Assembly (NCBI GenBank): GCA_963841015.1
Contig: CAWJAX010000003.1
Coordinates: forward strand, 320,001-384,000
Reading direction: 5' to 3'
Origin: an uncultured Methanoregulaceae archaeon
GTDB taxonomy: Archaea > Halobacteriota > Methanomicrobia > Methanomicrobiales > Methanospirillaceae
DNA length: 64,000 bases
Of the stretch, positions 10,967 through 21,264 are shown piece after piece; the stretch's first letter is position 1, and every line of letters starts with the position of its first letter. The notes below the pieces were generated by a model, which ran no database searches, had not been told where the DNA came from, and was given only the letters and a program-made list of their open reading frames with translations. The translations under genes were made by a program, and so were the position numbers.

Positions 10967-12067
10967 ATGCCGAAGACCACGATTTCTGTAATTAAGGCGG
11001 ATGTGGGAAGTTTCCCCGGGCACTCCCGTACCCACCCGAAGCTTCTGGAAAAGGCAGCAAAGATGCTCAAGGATGAGGAAGGTAAACTGCTCATCGACTC
11101 CTTTGTCACCCACTGTGGTGATGACCTTGAACTGATCATGACTCATACCCATGGCGTGGACAATGAAAAAATCCACAGGCTCGCATGGGATGTCTTTCTG
11201 GAATGCACAAAAATCGCAAAAAGTATGAAGCTGTATGGCGCCGGGCAGGATATGCTCGCCGATGCATTTTCCGGCAATGTTAAGGGTATGGGTCCTGGTG
11301 TTGCCGAGATGGAGTTTGAAGAACGAGGCAGTGATCCTGTTCTTGTATTCATGGCGGACAAGACCGAGCCGGGCGCGTGGAACTTCTTCCTTTACAAGAT
11401 CTTTGCCGACCCTTTCAACACGTCCGGGCTGGTAATTGATCCCTCGATGCATAAGGGCTTTGTCTTTGAGGTGCACGATCTGGTTGAAAAGCGCCGTATC
11501 ATGTTCAAGTGCCCGGAGGAGATCTATAATCTCCTTGCATACATTGGTGCCCCGTCACGCTACGTGATCAAGCATGTGTTCAAACGGGAGGGGGACATTG
11601 CTGCTTCAACCAGTACCCAGCGTCTGAGTCTGATTGCGGGACGGTACGTTGGTAAAGATGATCCGGTTATGATTGTCCGTTCCCAGAGCGGTTTTCCCGC
11701 TGTCGGTGAAGTGATCGAACCGTTCTGCATACCGGTCCTTGTTGCCGGATGGATGCGTGGATCCCATCATGGCCCGTTCATGCCGGTCGGACTGTGCGAT
11801 GCCAACTGTACCCGGTTTGACGGCCCGCCCCGGGTCATTTGTATGGGTTTCCAGATTAATAATGGCAAGCTCATTGGTCCTGCAGATATGTTTGATGATA
11901 TAGGGTTCGATCATGTGCGGGCACGGTGCAATGAAATTGCTGATCTCATGCGGGCCCAGGGACCATTCGAGCCGCACCGCCTCTCACTTGGGGAGATGGA
12001 ATATACCACCCTTCCGGGTGTTGAAAAGGAACTTTCGAAGCGCTGGGAGCCAATTCCCCAGAAATAG
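10967..12067 (+). CDS. Bifunctional FBP aldolase/phosphatase (FBPase class V)
   Basis: IKADVG, GDD, YGAGQD, ADKTEPG, YVGKDDP and GWMRGSH motifs. Confidence 0.95.
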   Translation: MPKTTISVIKADVGSFPGHSRTHPKLLEKAAKMLKDEEGKLLIDSFVTHCGDDLELIMTHTHGVDNEKIHRLAWDVFLECTKIAKSMKLYGAGQDMLADAFSGNVKGMGPGVAEMEFEERGSDPVLVFMADKTEPGAWNFFLYKIFADPFNTSGLVIDPSMHKGFVFEVHDLVEKRRIMFKCPEEIYNLLAYIGAPSRYVIKHVFKREGDIAASTSTQRLSLIAGRYVGKDDPVMIVRSQSGFPAVGEVIEPFCIPVLVAGWMRGSHHGPFMPVGLCDANCTRFDGPPRVICMGFQINNGKLIGPADMFDDIGFDHVRARCNEIADLMRAQGPFEPHRLSLGEMEYTTLPGVEKELSKRWEPIPQK

Positions 12068-12192
12068 GTTTTTCTGGCGTATTCCAGACTGCATTTTTTA
12101 CTCCGAACAGCACAGGATCTGCATAAGACGGGAGCGTACAGAACCGGAGTAATGAGCAAACTTTAATTATCTTACATCCCAAATTAGGGCAG

Positions 12193-12432
12193 ATGGTTAA
12201 CGGAATTGTTTTGCCGATAAAAAAAGTGTTTGGCCTTGTGGATTCAAAAATATCTGTCGAGATCAAAGACGAAGGCCGGAAACTGCAGGGGCGTCTCGTT
12301 GCTGTGGATGAGTACCTGAATATTCATATGGATGAAACGATTGAGTTTATTGATAACCAGCGGGGAAGAAGCCTTGGTACTGTCGTAATCAGGGGCAATA
12401 ATATTCTTACCATTGCACCGGTTATCGGATGA
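12193..12432 (+). CDS. Sm-like (Lsm) protein
   Basis: G.L.AVDEYLNI (Sm1) and VIRGNNI (Sm2). Confidence 0.92.
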   Translation: MVNGIVLPIKKVFGLVDSKISVEIKDEGRKLQGRLVAVDEYLNIHMDETIEFIDNQRGRSLGTVVIRGNNILTIAPVIG

Positions 12433-12791
12433 TGAAAAAGGTGGACAGCGTGGAAGATCCTGTTGATGAAGCACTGAAACTGATCCAGTCGAAACCAGAA
12501 GGCATTCTCCAGAGTGAGCTCTGGAAAGAACTGGGCGTAGACAGCCGGAAATGCTCCCGGATTGTCAAAAAGCTAGAAGATAGTGGACTCATTGACAGGA
12601 CCGAGTTCAAGAAAGACGGGATCAAGACGTACCTTCTGCATGCCAAACAGATGCCGGTGAATCCTGCGCACCTGCTTGCAGGAGATGAGCTGATACCCTG
12701 CATAAGCTGTGAACTTGAGTGCATCGTTGAGGAATGTCATCCCCTTATGGACTGGATGTACCAGCTGGCGATTGTCCAGCATACGGAATAG
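12429..12791 (+). CDS. Winged-HTH protein with C-terminal Cys cluster (RPC34/TFE-beta-like)
   Basis: GILQSELWKELG..SRIVKKLE..GLI.R, then PCISCELEC....C..L..W; overlaps the Lsm stop. Confidence 0.7.
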   Translation: MMKKVDSVEDPVDEALKLIQSKPEGILQSELWKELGVDSRKCSRIVKKLEDSGLIDRTEFKKDGIKTYLLHAKQMPVNPAHLLAGDELIPCISCELECIVEECHPLMDWMYQLAIVQHTE

Positions 12792-12872
12792 ACCTTCTTT
12801 TTTTCTGGCGATTTGTCGCTTCGTTTCGATATGCTCAATACCCACAACGTGAACACTTTTCCTGACAATCAT

Positions 12873-13367
12873 ATGAACAAGTTCAAGATTTCGCTCCTGC
12901 TCCAATGCCTTGTATTTTTAATACCCGTGAACATTTACGTCATTGGAGATTGGCTGGGTACCGGTGTGCAGTGGGTGCTGTTCCGGTACCAGCAAACGTA
13001 CCTGGGGAATAGCCTGATTCTCATAACCAGAGAGATTACCTTTGTTCTTTCCGGAACGATTGGCGGAAGGAGTGCAATCTCTATCACCCTCTGGGCGATC
13101 GGAGTTCTCCTGTTTATCATTGCAACATTCCTGGTTATTCTTGCAAACGTCAAAAAGGATTTCCCGCTGATAAAAAAAGCATCGTTTTTTACGATAGCCG
13201 GAGGGATAATTATTGCTGTATCTATCCTCTTCCGGTATGGCTTCCTGCTCAGCGGCCCATCAGGATTTGCTCTTCCCGTAGGGATTCCGATCATCCTCAT
13301 CATAGGATGGTGGATGTACCAGGAAGCGGATAATGAAACGGATGATGACAATTCTGGTCCTGAATAA
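12873..13367 (+). CDS. Hypothetical integral membrane protein
   Basis: About four hydrophobic segments and an acidic tail. Confidence 0.7.
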   Translation: MNKFKISLLLQCLVFLIPVNIYVIGDWLGTGVQWVLFRYQQTYLGNSLILITREITFVLSGTIGGRSAISITLWAIGVLLFIIATFLVILANVKKDFPLIKKASFFTIAGGIIIAVSILFRYGFLLSGPSGFALPVGIPIILIIGWWMYQEADNETDDDNSGPE

Positions 13368-13507
13368 AAATGTAAGGAGTAATAAAAGATTTTTTATGGG
13401 GGTGAGTATTCTTCTCCTGATAAAAAAATTATCGGACAACTATTTATCGCTCTACTATCCACCTCATATGAGTGAACAACCCACGATTTCCTTAAAAGAG
13501 ATCCACC

Positions 13508-15187
13508 ATGATTTCTGTTTTATATGTCGATGACAATTCTGATCTTTTCGGGCAGATCCGCTCTTTTTTAGAAAAGGCCGGAGATATCAGGATCGACAAC
13601 GCCCATTCCATAAAACAGGCGTTGGAAAAAATCAAAGGCCGGACTTATGACGTAATCATTTCCTACGAGCAGATCCCTGAAGTTAACGGTATTGAATTCA
13701 TGTCTGACATGAATGGGATTGAATTTTTACAGTACCTCAAATCAATAGGAAACACAGCACCGGTTATTCTGCTCTGCCGACGGGGAAATAATAAAATCGC
13801 TGTTGAGGAAGTCACCAATGCGACCGAGATCACTATTCCAAAAAGTGGTGATATCCGTCCGAATCTTCTGGAAATGGTCACGGTGATCAAGCAGACCATG
13901 CTCCGAAAAAAAGCGGAACGGGAGATAAAGGTGCAGAACGAACAACTTACCGCCATCCTTTCCGCAACACCTCTTGGCATATTTCAGGTACGCAACCATC
14001 TCATGACCTGGGTGAACCAGCAATTTTCTGAAATGCTCGGTTATGAAGAATCATACCTGGTTGGTAAAGAAATGGGTAGTATTTTTAAAACACCTGAAGA
14101 CTTCGATCTGGTATGCCATCAGCTCCAGGTCAAGCGCAGCTCCCGGGTTTTTGCTTGACAGAATGCAACCTTCTGAAAAAAAATAATTCGACCCTCGCAT
14201 GCCAGCTGCAGGCACAGATGGTTGACCCGCGGGATATCGGTAAAGGCGGGACATTTGTTGTAACTGACATATCGGAGAGGAAGAAAATTGCTGATGCGCT
14301 CAAAGAGAGTGAGGCAAAGTACCGGGAAGTTCTCCAGAATACCCAGAGCATCATTATCAGGATGGATACCTCGGGAAATATCACCTTCTTTAATCATTTT
14401 GCACTCTCATTCTTTGATTATTCCAGTGAAGAAGTGATCGGGAAGAACGTTGTAGGGACCATTGTTCCACAAAAAGCCCGCTCCGGTCATGATCTGTCCA
14501 TGATGGCAAATGATCTCGGGTTTAATGCTGAAGGCTATGCTGTCAACGTGAGCGAGAATGTCCGTCGCAACGGCGACCGGGTCTGGATTGCATGGATAAA
14601 TAAGGCAATCCGTGATGAAAAAGGCCATATCATTGAAATCCTGTGCATTGGCAACGATATTACCGATCGAAGGCGGAAAGGGGAGGTCCGTATCAGTACC
14701 TGATACGTGGAAGGACATCGTAATTGCCGAAACCGATGTTAAAGAGGAAGTGTTTGACGCTGTCTTCCACATAAGCACTGAAATTTCTATCGAGGGGAGG
14801 GAAGGAAAATCTGTTGGTACCACATTTCTGATCGGAGATGCGGATAATGTCATGGCAAAATCGCGACAGATATCGCTGAATGCATTTGAAGGGCAGAAAC
14901 CTGAATCACGCTGTATTACCAATCAGGATATCAAGGAAAACATCAAGGAATTTGCCCAGCTTGACGGGGCCTTTGTGATTGACGGTGACGGGTATATCCG
15001 GGCGCAGAGTCGCTATATCACCGTTGATACCAGTAATGTTACCCTCCCAAAAGGTATGGGAACCCGTCACAACTCAGTTGCGGCAATGACTCAGGTCACC
15101 AATACCGTTGGCATCGTAGTTTCCCAAAGTGGCGGGGGAATCACCATCTTCAAAAACGGCTTAATTCTCAAAAAAATTACGCTCTGA
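13508..15187 (+). CDS. Receiver-like/PAS/PAS/diadenylate cyclase (DisA_N) fusion, split by two single-base frameshifts (~14140, ~14700)
   Basis: VLYVDD receiver start; PAS segments ending TDISERK and NDITDRR; C-terminal LDGAFVID and GTRH DAC motifs. The three track ORFs join at single indels. Confidence 0.8.
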
Positions 15188-15264
15188 TACTTCTGCGTTC
15201 CTGCCACAGGAAAACAGTTTTTTTAAAAAATACAGTCCACTGTGAAAAATCGAAAAAAAGATAA

Positions 15265-15540
15265 GAGTGACGCTTCGCTACAAGTGGATCCCCTGCGCGA
15301 TGTTCGTGGGTCCCGGTCTGGAGCCCGTCCTCCCATAAGGGAGGCTATCATGCCTCACTCCATCTCTTTTTGGGGGGGGTGAGTGAAAAGGGGGAGTCGT
15401 TCTCCTTCCACAATGCCTCTAACGGACGCACCGAAGATTTCTGGAGCTCGATCCTTGCGTTCTCGTCCAAACATATCACCTTGGCGGATTTTATGGATCG
15501 GCCTCCCTGGTGGGGCACAAACCACCGAATCTGACAGGTA
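15265..15540 (+). ncRNA. Candidate structured non-coding RNA (family unassigned)
   Basis: Several consecutive hairpins with G-U pairs favouring the plus strand, in a GC-rich island between convergent genes. Confidence 0.35.
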
Positions 15541-15579
15541 TTATTCGATCAATCCAATGACACTCTTCCCTCTACTTCC

Positions 15580-17664
15580 CTATCTTGAATGTTTTGCATG
15601 ACGACAGTTTTTTCCATGATACTCTTCCCAGCAGATATGATGACAGACATTTCCTACTGCTTTGAACGCATCCTCAAGATCCGGGAAATTCGGGATCCCT
15701 GCATCCCGGAGTATGCGCAGTGGCGTCTTCATGGAATCACCGCCGATCATACATCCCACGATCATCTTGTGGGTGCTTTTTGAGAACCGCACCAGTTCAT
15801 TTGCAACGCGTACCGGATCTGATATTGCTGATGGCACTGCAATCACAAAAGCAATGTCCCAGGCATCCTGGTTTTTTATCATAACGTCAAAGGTCCTGGC
15901 AAACCGGTCAGCTGATGCATCACCTACCATGTCAATCGGGTTCTGCCGGTTCCAGTCAGCCGGCAGGATGATATCCAGTTCTTCAAGGATCACTTTGGGG
16001 AACTCCACCAGTTCTATACCGAATATTTCTGCATAATCTGATGATAAGACCGCAAATCCCCCTGCATTACTGATTACAATGGCACGGATTCCTTTGGGAT
16101 ATCCTTCAGATGACAGAAGTTCTGCTGTCTGAAATGCTTCACGCATGGATCGTACGGGTATTATTCCGGACTCCCAGAATGCTGCCATATATACTTCGAA
16201 ACTGCCGGCAAGGGATCCGGTATGGGAAGCTGCGGTCATCTGACCAATCCGGGATGAACCCGATTTGATTGCGACAACAGGTTTTTTTGCGGTGATCCCG
16301 CGGGCAATCTCCATGAACCGTTTTCCATTTCTGATCTCCTCAATGTACAGGATTATCGCCCGGGTATGGGGGTCATTGCCGGCATACACCAAAAAATCCT
16401 CAAAACAGAGATCTGCCTGGTTACCAATACTGATTACTGCAGAAAAACCGATTTCTTCGGGCAGGCTCCAGTCAACAATAGTTGAAATGATGGCACCACT
16501 CTGGGAGATGAAGGCAATTTTGCCGGGTTTTGGTGTTATCGGGTCAAACGTGGTATTAATTCCCTGGTGGGGCAGCATGAGGCCCAGGCAGTTCGGGCCC
16601 ATAATCCGCAGGTTAAAGCGTTTTGCAATAGTGAGCACCTGCTGTTCAAGTTCCGCCCCAGCGTTTCCTGACTCCCGAAAACCGGATGAGATGATGATGA
16701 CAAGGGGGACACCTTTTTCCCCGGCTTCCTCAACGATTTTTGGGACAAAACGCGCTGGAACTACGATGACGGCAATATCGACAGGATCAGGAATTGAGGC
16801 AAGTTCAGGGTATACCGTGCGCCCGAGAATTTTTCCGTGTCGGGGATTTACCGGATAGAGTTTTCCGGGAAATGCAAGGAGGTTGCGAAGGACTGCATAC
16901 CCGACCTTATTGGGTTCAGGAGTTGCTCCGATCAAGGCAATAGACCTGGCGTTCAGGATCTCCGGGAGCAAAGAGTGGGGCTGCTGTGCGGGTATCTCGT
17001 CAATAACATCGGTACTGAAGATCCGGGCATCTACTACACAAGCTCCTTTTTCGTATAAAAAAACCGGATTGAGATCAAATTCCACAATAGTGGGACTCTG
17101 GATAAAAAAACGTGCCACCTGGTCAATCAGCGAAATAAGTCCTTCCTTATCCCGTGCCGGTTCATTGCGAAATCCTGTAATCAAAGGGTATGCTTGCAGT
17201 TCCTGGAGCATCGCATCGATATCCTCAGTTGTGACCGGAAGCACCCGGATTGAGAGATCCCGGATGAGTTCGACATGCGTCCCCCCCATCCCGACAGTAA
17301 TTACCTTTCCAAAGGTTGGATCCGTCTTTCCCCCGACAAGGATCTCCAGTCCCGTTTCTTTTTGCTGTTCGATAATAAAACCAGAAATGATTGCGGAGGG
17401 ATCAAATGCTTTCACCTTGTGTAAAAGGGTATCAAATGCTGTTTCTGCATCTGCACTCGACCGGATACCGGTAAAAACACCTCCCGCATCGCTTTTATGG
17501 ATTACCTGGGGAGAGATGACCTTCATAACCAGCGGATATCCCAGCTGATCGGCAGCTTTTGCCACTTCCTGCCGGGTTCTTACAACCGTAAACTCAGGGA
17601 CCGGTATACCCTGTTTTTTCAGCAATTCATATCCTTTTGCTTCTGAAAGCATCGTGCGGGTCAT
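15580..17664 (-). CDS. ADP-forming acetate-CoA ligase (beta-alpha fused)
   Basis: N-terminal ATP-grasp (HKSDAGGV, DLNP), then CoA-binding GPNCLG, SQSGA and phospho-His SHTGSLAG. Confidence 0.9.
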   Translation of the reverse strand: MTRTMLSEAKGYELLKKQGIPVPEFTVVRTRQEVAKAADQLGYPLVMKVISPQVIHKSDAGGVFTGIRSSADAETAFDTLLHKVKAFDPSAIISGFIIEQQKETGLEILVGGKTDPTFGKVITVGMGGTHVELIRDLSIRVLPVTTEDIDAMLQELQAYPLITGFRNEPARDKEGLISLIDQVARFFIQSPTIVEFDLNPVFLYEKGACVVDARIFSTDVIDEIPAQQPHSLLPEILNARSIALIGATPEPNKVGYAVLRNLLAFPGKLYPVNPRHGKILGRTVYPELASIPDPVDIAVIVVPARFVPKIVEEAGEKGVPLVIIISSGFRESGNAGAELEQQVLTIAKRFNLRIMGPNCLGLMLPHQGINTTFDPITPKPGKIAFISQSGAIISTIVDWSLPEEIGFSAVISIGNQADLCFEDFLVYAGNDPHTRAIILYIEEIRNGKRFMEIARGITAKKPVVAIKSGSSRIGQMTAASHTGSLAGSFEVYMAAFWESGIIPVRSMREAFQTAELLSSEGYPKGIRAIVISNAGGFAVLSSDYAEIFGIELVEFPKVILEELDIILPADWNRQNPIDMVGDASADRFARTFDVMIKNQDAWDIAFVIAVPSAISDPVRVANELVRFSKSTHKMIVGCMIGGDSMKTPLRILRDAGIPNFPDLEDAFKAVGNVCHHICWEEYHGKNCRHAKHSR

Positions 17665-17918
17665 GGCATCAGTTTCCCTGTAGGTATAGCCGTTTCGTAG
17701 GATATGAGGGTTTTTAAAATAAACGGAATAAATCCCGCTTGCATCCGCGCAGTCACCCTCTTTCAACTGACCTGCCTTATTGATTCAGGTGAACATATTA
17801 TGAATTCTCCAAAACCTGAAATAACAGGCTCTCACGGTCCGTGACGGAATAACCGTGAATATTTCCCATCTATTACAAGCATAAAGTTAATAATATTCTA
17901 TGACCATCAGTAATCACA

Positions 17919-18475
17919 ATGCATATTCCCACCCCAGAAGAGACTCCGTGCCCGCCGTGAAGCACTCGGTATGAAACAGACTGAACTTGCAAAACGCGCC
18001 GGCATCAGCCAATCAATGGTCGCACGGATTGAAGCGGGAAATGTAGATCCCCGGATAAGTACCTTATCCAAAATTATTGTAGTTCTGAATAGCGCTGAGC
18101 CAAAAAAGATCAGGGCAGCACAGATAATGCATACGCCGGTTCTTTGTGTCCAGCCTCAGGATGCGATTACCCGTGCGGTAGAGATCTTTGAAAAGAATAA
18201 TATCTCTCAGCTCGCCGGTAATCGAACGGGGAGTGCCGGTAGGATGTATTTCTGAAACTGTGATCGTAAAGGCGATTGAACAACAGCGCCTGCACAAGAC
18301 ACACCTCTTTTTTGTCCGTGACTTTATGGAACCGGGATTTCCCACAGTACCGCCCGATATGGATGTGGAAACAGTGATAAATATCCTGCAGCAGAACCAT
18401 GCGGTACTTGTTGTCGAGGGCAGGGTAGTGAGGGGCGTGATTACCAAGCACGACCTTATCTCATTGATTGTATAA
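17919..18475 (+). CDS. XRE-HTH plus CBS-pair regulator, two +1 frameshifts (~17943, ~18213)
   Basis: MHIPTPE.LR..R..LGMKQTELAKRAGISQS..ARIE.G.VDPR followed by CBS motifs (PVIE.G.PVG, GVITKHD). Confidence 0.82.
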
Positions 18476-18579
18476 CTTCTTTTTTTACCTCACAGATGCA
18501 AGAACCATCAGCCATGTGTCCATTATCGAAGAAAAATCCTGTGACAGGGGTGTGTTGCATCCATTGAACTTAGTAATAT

Positions 18580-18654
18580 CTGGCAGCAGCGATCACAGTA
18601 AAGGGAGTAGTAGGGAGAAAATGTAATATCATACCTGAATAGCTCAATTTTCCG
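18580..18654 (+). repeat. Degenerate repeat module B end
   Basis: CATACCTGAATAGCTCAATTTTC matches the module B terminus. Confidence 0.55.
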
Positions 18655-18655
18655 G

Positions 18656-18832
18656 GAAAATGCTCATTTACCAGCTATTCGCTAAACGGGAATTTCACCC
18701 TCGCCGCTATGACTCCCCCGATGCGATAATCCCCCGAACAGGTGCAATATCATCCTCGCTCAGCGCAGGGGCGGGATGGGGTCAGTCACTGTCCCCTCCT
18801 TAATCGTGCCAGCATCCTGAATTTCATATCAA
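18656..18832 (-). repeat. Intergenic repeat module A, copy 2 (inverted)
   Basis: The reverse complement reads TTGATATGAAATTCAGGATGCTGG..GGAGGGGACAG..TTATCGCATCGGGGGAGTCATA..TGAGCATTT. Confidence 0.85.
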
Positions 18833-18949
18833 GGGTTAAGGAATTCTCAAGAGCCGTTTTTTTTTATTGAATACAAAAATTGTAGTGGCAACACACCCCA
18901 TCCACAAACATGTTATTCCTCTGATTGAAACTCTGTTCAAGGTACTTCC

Positions 18950-20224
18950 ATGAACAACCAATTCAGGATTAATAGGGTAATTACAGGTTTTCTTGTCATA
19001 ATCAGTCTGATCGGTAGTGTAACAGCAGTCAGCCTGGCACCATCCTGGCAGGAACATCCAGCCGATGACGCCACATTTTCTGATCCGATACTATCAACAG
19101 ATGGATCAATGGTTTTTGCCGGTGGGAACAAGTTGTTGGTCCGTTCATGGAATGGAGACACCCGATGGGGCAGTTTATCGGGAACCGTGGCGACGATGAG
19201 CCCGGATGGAAATTTTATTGTCTCTGCACTCAATGATAATGTCCGTACATTCAACAGGACCGGCGATGCAGTCTGGAACAGGATTACCGGCAGTCCATTT
19301 CGTGCAGTCGCTGTCTCGACTGACGGATCTCTGGTGATTGCTGCAGATGACAGGGGTTATGTACGTTCCTGGACCGTTGATGGTAAAAACCTGGGAGTGG
19401 ACAACGAAACTGATCAGGTGAAACGAATAGTAATTTCTCCATCACAATCTCTGGTGGTTGTTTCTACCATAGATAATCTGAAGGTTTTTTCACCGGAAAT
19501 GAAACTGGTCTGGGAAAAGAAAACCCTTGGAAACCGTGATGATTTCATCGAATTCTCTGCTGATAGTTCTACCTTGATTCTGGCAGGAGAAAACCAGGTA
19601 TCATCCTATACGGCCAAAGGATTACTGAACTGGGAAAAAGAGATAACCAATAATTTCATTATCGATATGACCTGTTCTGATGACTGTTCGACCATTGTTC
19701 TGGGAAGTCAGGATGGAAATGTCTGGGTTCTCAACAAAGAGGGGCAGATACAATGGAAATATCCGGCAGGTACCTGGGTCAATAGTGCAGGTGTTTCCCG
19801 GGATGGTTCTGTCATTGTGGCTGGAGCCCTTGACGGGACCGTGTATGTACTGGATAAGAATGGAAACCTGCTGGCCCGGACAAAAACAGATTCGGCAATC
19901 CTGCAACGATCTATTGCCGTCAATGAGGATGGCACCCGGATAGTTGTTATCACTGAGCGCACAATGTACGGTTATAGCCTTGATTATGATCGTTCTGGAA
20001 TTCCAAAAGCGACATATACAGAAATACCTATCCGGACAACCATTCCCCCTTCTACAATCACTACCCCGGTACCTGTCAAAACAACCCGGCCAATAACCAT
20101 TCCATCTCCAAAAGGTACTACGCTGCCAGAAACAAACAGCACCCCAAACTCAGCTCTTACCCCACTGCTCGCAATCTTCGCATTGGCAGGTCTGTTGTGT
20201 GAAATCAGGAGACGTAAAAATTGA
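18950..20224 (+). CDS. Secreted WD40/PQQ-like beta-propeller surface protein with C-terminal anchor
   Basis: Signal peptide, repeated S.DGS..G...W units, Thr/Pro linker, TM helix and RRRKN tail. Confidence 0.82.
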   Translation: MNNQFRINRVITGFLVIISLIGSVTAVSLAPSWQEHPADDATFSDPILSTDGSMVFAGGNKLLVRSWNGDTRWGSLSGTVATMSPDGNFIVSALNDNVRTFNRTGDAVWNRITGSPFRAVAVSTDGSLVIAADDRGYVRSWTVDGKNLGVDNETDQVKRIVISPSQSLVVVSTIDNLKVFSPEMKLVWEKKTLGNRDDFIEFSADSSTLILAGENQVSSYTAKGLLNWEKEITNNFIIDMTCSDDCSTIVLGSQDGNVWVLNKEGQIQWKYPAGTWVNSAGVSRDGSVIVAGALDGTVYVLDKNGNLLARTKTDSAILQRSIAVNEDGTRIVVITERTMYGYSLDYDRSGIPKATYTEIPIRTTIPPSTITTPVPVKTTRPITIPSPKGTTLPETNSTPNSALTPLLAIFALAGLLCEIRRRKN

Positions 20225-20502
20225 TACCTGCGTGACAGACACGTGCCGGATATGGAAAAGCCACAATGAAAAGGAATAACAAGGTTTAATTTTGCCTACC
20301 TATGACCGGGAGTGATGCAGGAAAGTGGACATCTGACCATAGGGTAATTCTCCCCGTTATCAAATTCATCATATTCATTTTTGGTTGCCATATAAATCGC
20401 TGATAATTTTTTAGCCTTGTATCTTCGCGTTCCAAGGCGCGTTAAAAAAACCACCATGAAAAACCCTTTTTATGGGATATTTATAAAAAAAATGTTTCCA
20501 GG

Positions 20503-21171
20503 TCAGAGTTTTGAGACCAGATCCCGGAGTACCACACCCGGCTCTTTTGCTTTCACAACACTGGATGCAAGAAGCACTCCATCAGTACCCAGATCAACGG
20601 CTATCTTCACGCACTCTCCCGACTGGATACCGGCACCCGTCAAAACCTTTACCTGAGGATTTATTGCATGAACAGCTGCAACAGAGCGCCTGATTATATC
20701 CGGGTTGGCTTTTGAGACCGAGACTCCGCTCCCGATCAGTTCCGGGGGTTCAATTGCTACATATTCCGGTGCAAGTGCTGCTGCACCGGCGCTGGTGGAT
20801 TCATTGTTCGAACAGACAACGGAAATAAGCTTTTGGGCCTGTAAAGCCCTGACGGATGCTTCAATCTCAGCAAGTCCCAGGCGTCTCTCTGAATGGTTGA
20901 TAAGGGATCCTGCAGCTCCAGCCATCCTGATTGCATCAGCAGTGATGTGCCCGGTGTGAGCGCCGGGTTCAAAACCATCAACATGCTGTGCGTATACCGG
21001 GATGGAGAAGTGATGACAGAGCGGGTGAAGATCCACATAGGATGGCGCAATCGCAATAGTTACCCCGCTTTCATGCGCTACGAGTTGTGCAGCATTCGCG
21101 ATCATATGACCGCGGTTGCCCATTCCCTCTTTGAACGTCTTTAAGTTTACCAGGATTAAGGGTGCAGACAT
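20503..21171 (-). CDS. tpiA: Triosephosphate isomerase (archaeal type)
   Basis: [18 protein letters not shown] and GVLLAS. Confidence 0.95.
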   Translation of the reverse strand: MSAPLILVNLKTFKEGMGNRGHMIANAAQLVAHESGVTIAIAPSYVDLHPLCHHFSIPVYAQHVDGFEPGAHTGHITADAIRMAGAAGSLINHSERRLGLAEIEASVRALQAQKLISVVCSNNESTSAGAAALAPEYVAIEPPELIGSGVSVSKANPDIIRRSVAAVHAINPQVKVLTGAGIQSGECVKIAVDLGTDGVLLASSVVKAKEPGVVLRDLVSKL

Positions 21172-21264
21172 AGTAACTCCTCGTTTTTACGATATGATTT
21201 GGTCCCTGATACACCATTTCGGTTCAACGGTGATGAATATTTTGCCCTGGAAAGAAACGATCAG

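Noticed and set aside
15265-15540. RNase P RNA, SRP RNA or c-di-AMP riboswitch
   Set aside because: The GAGGAAAGUCC and SRP helix-8 signatures are absent. CCGAATCTGACAG resembles only a fragment of the ydaO motif and no gene follows in that orientation.
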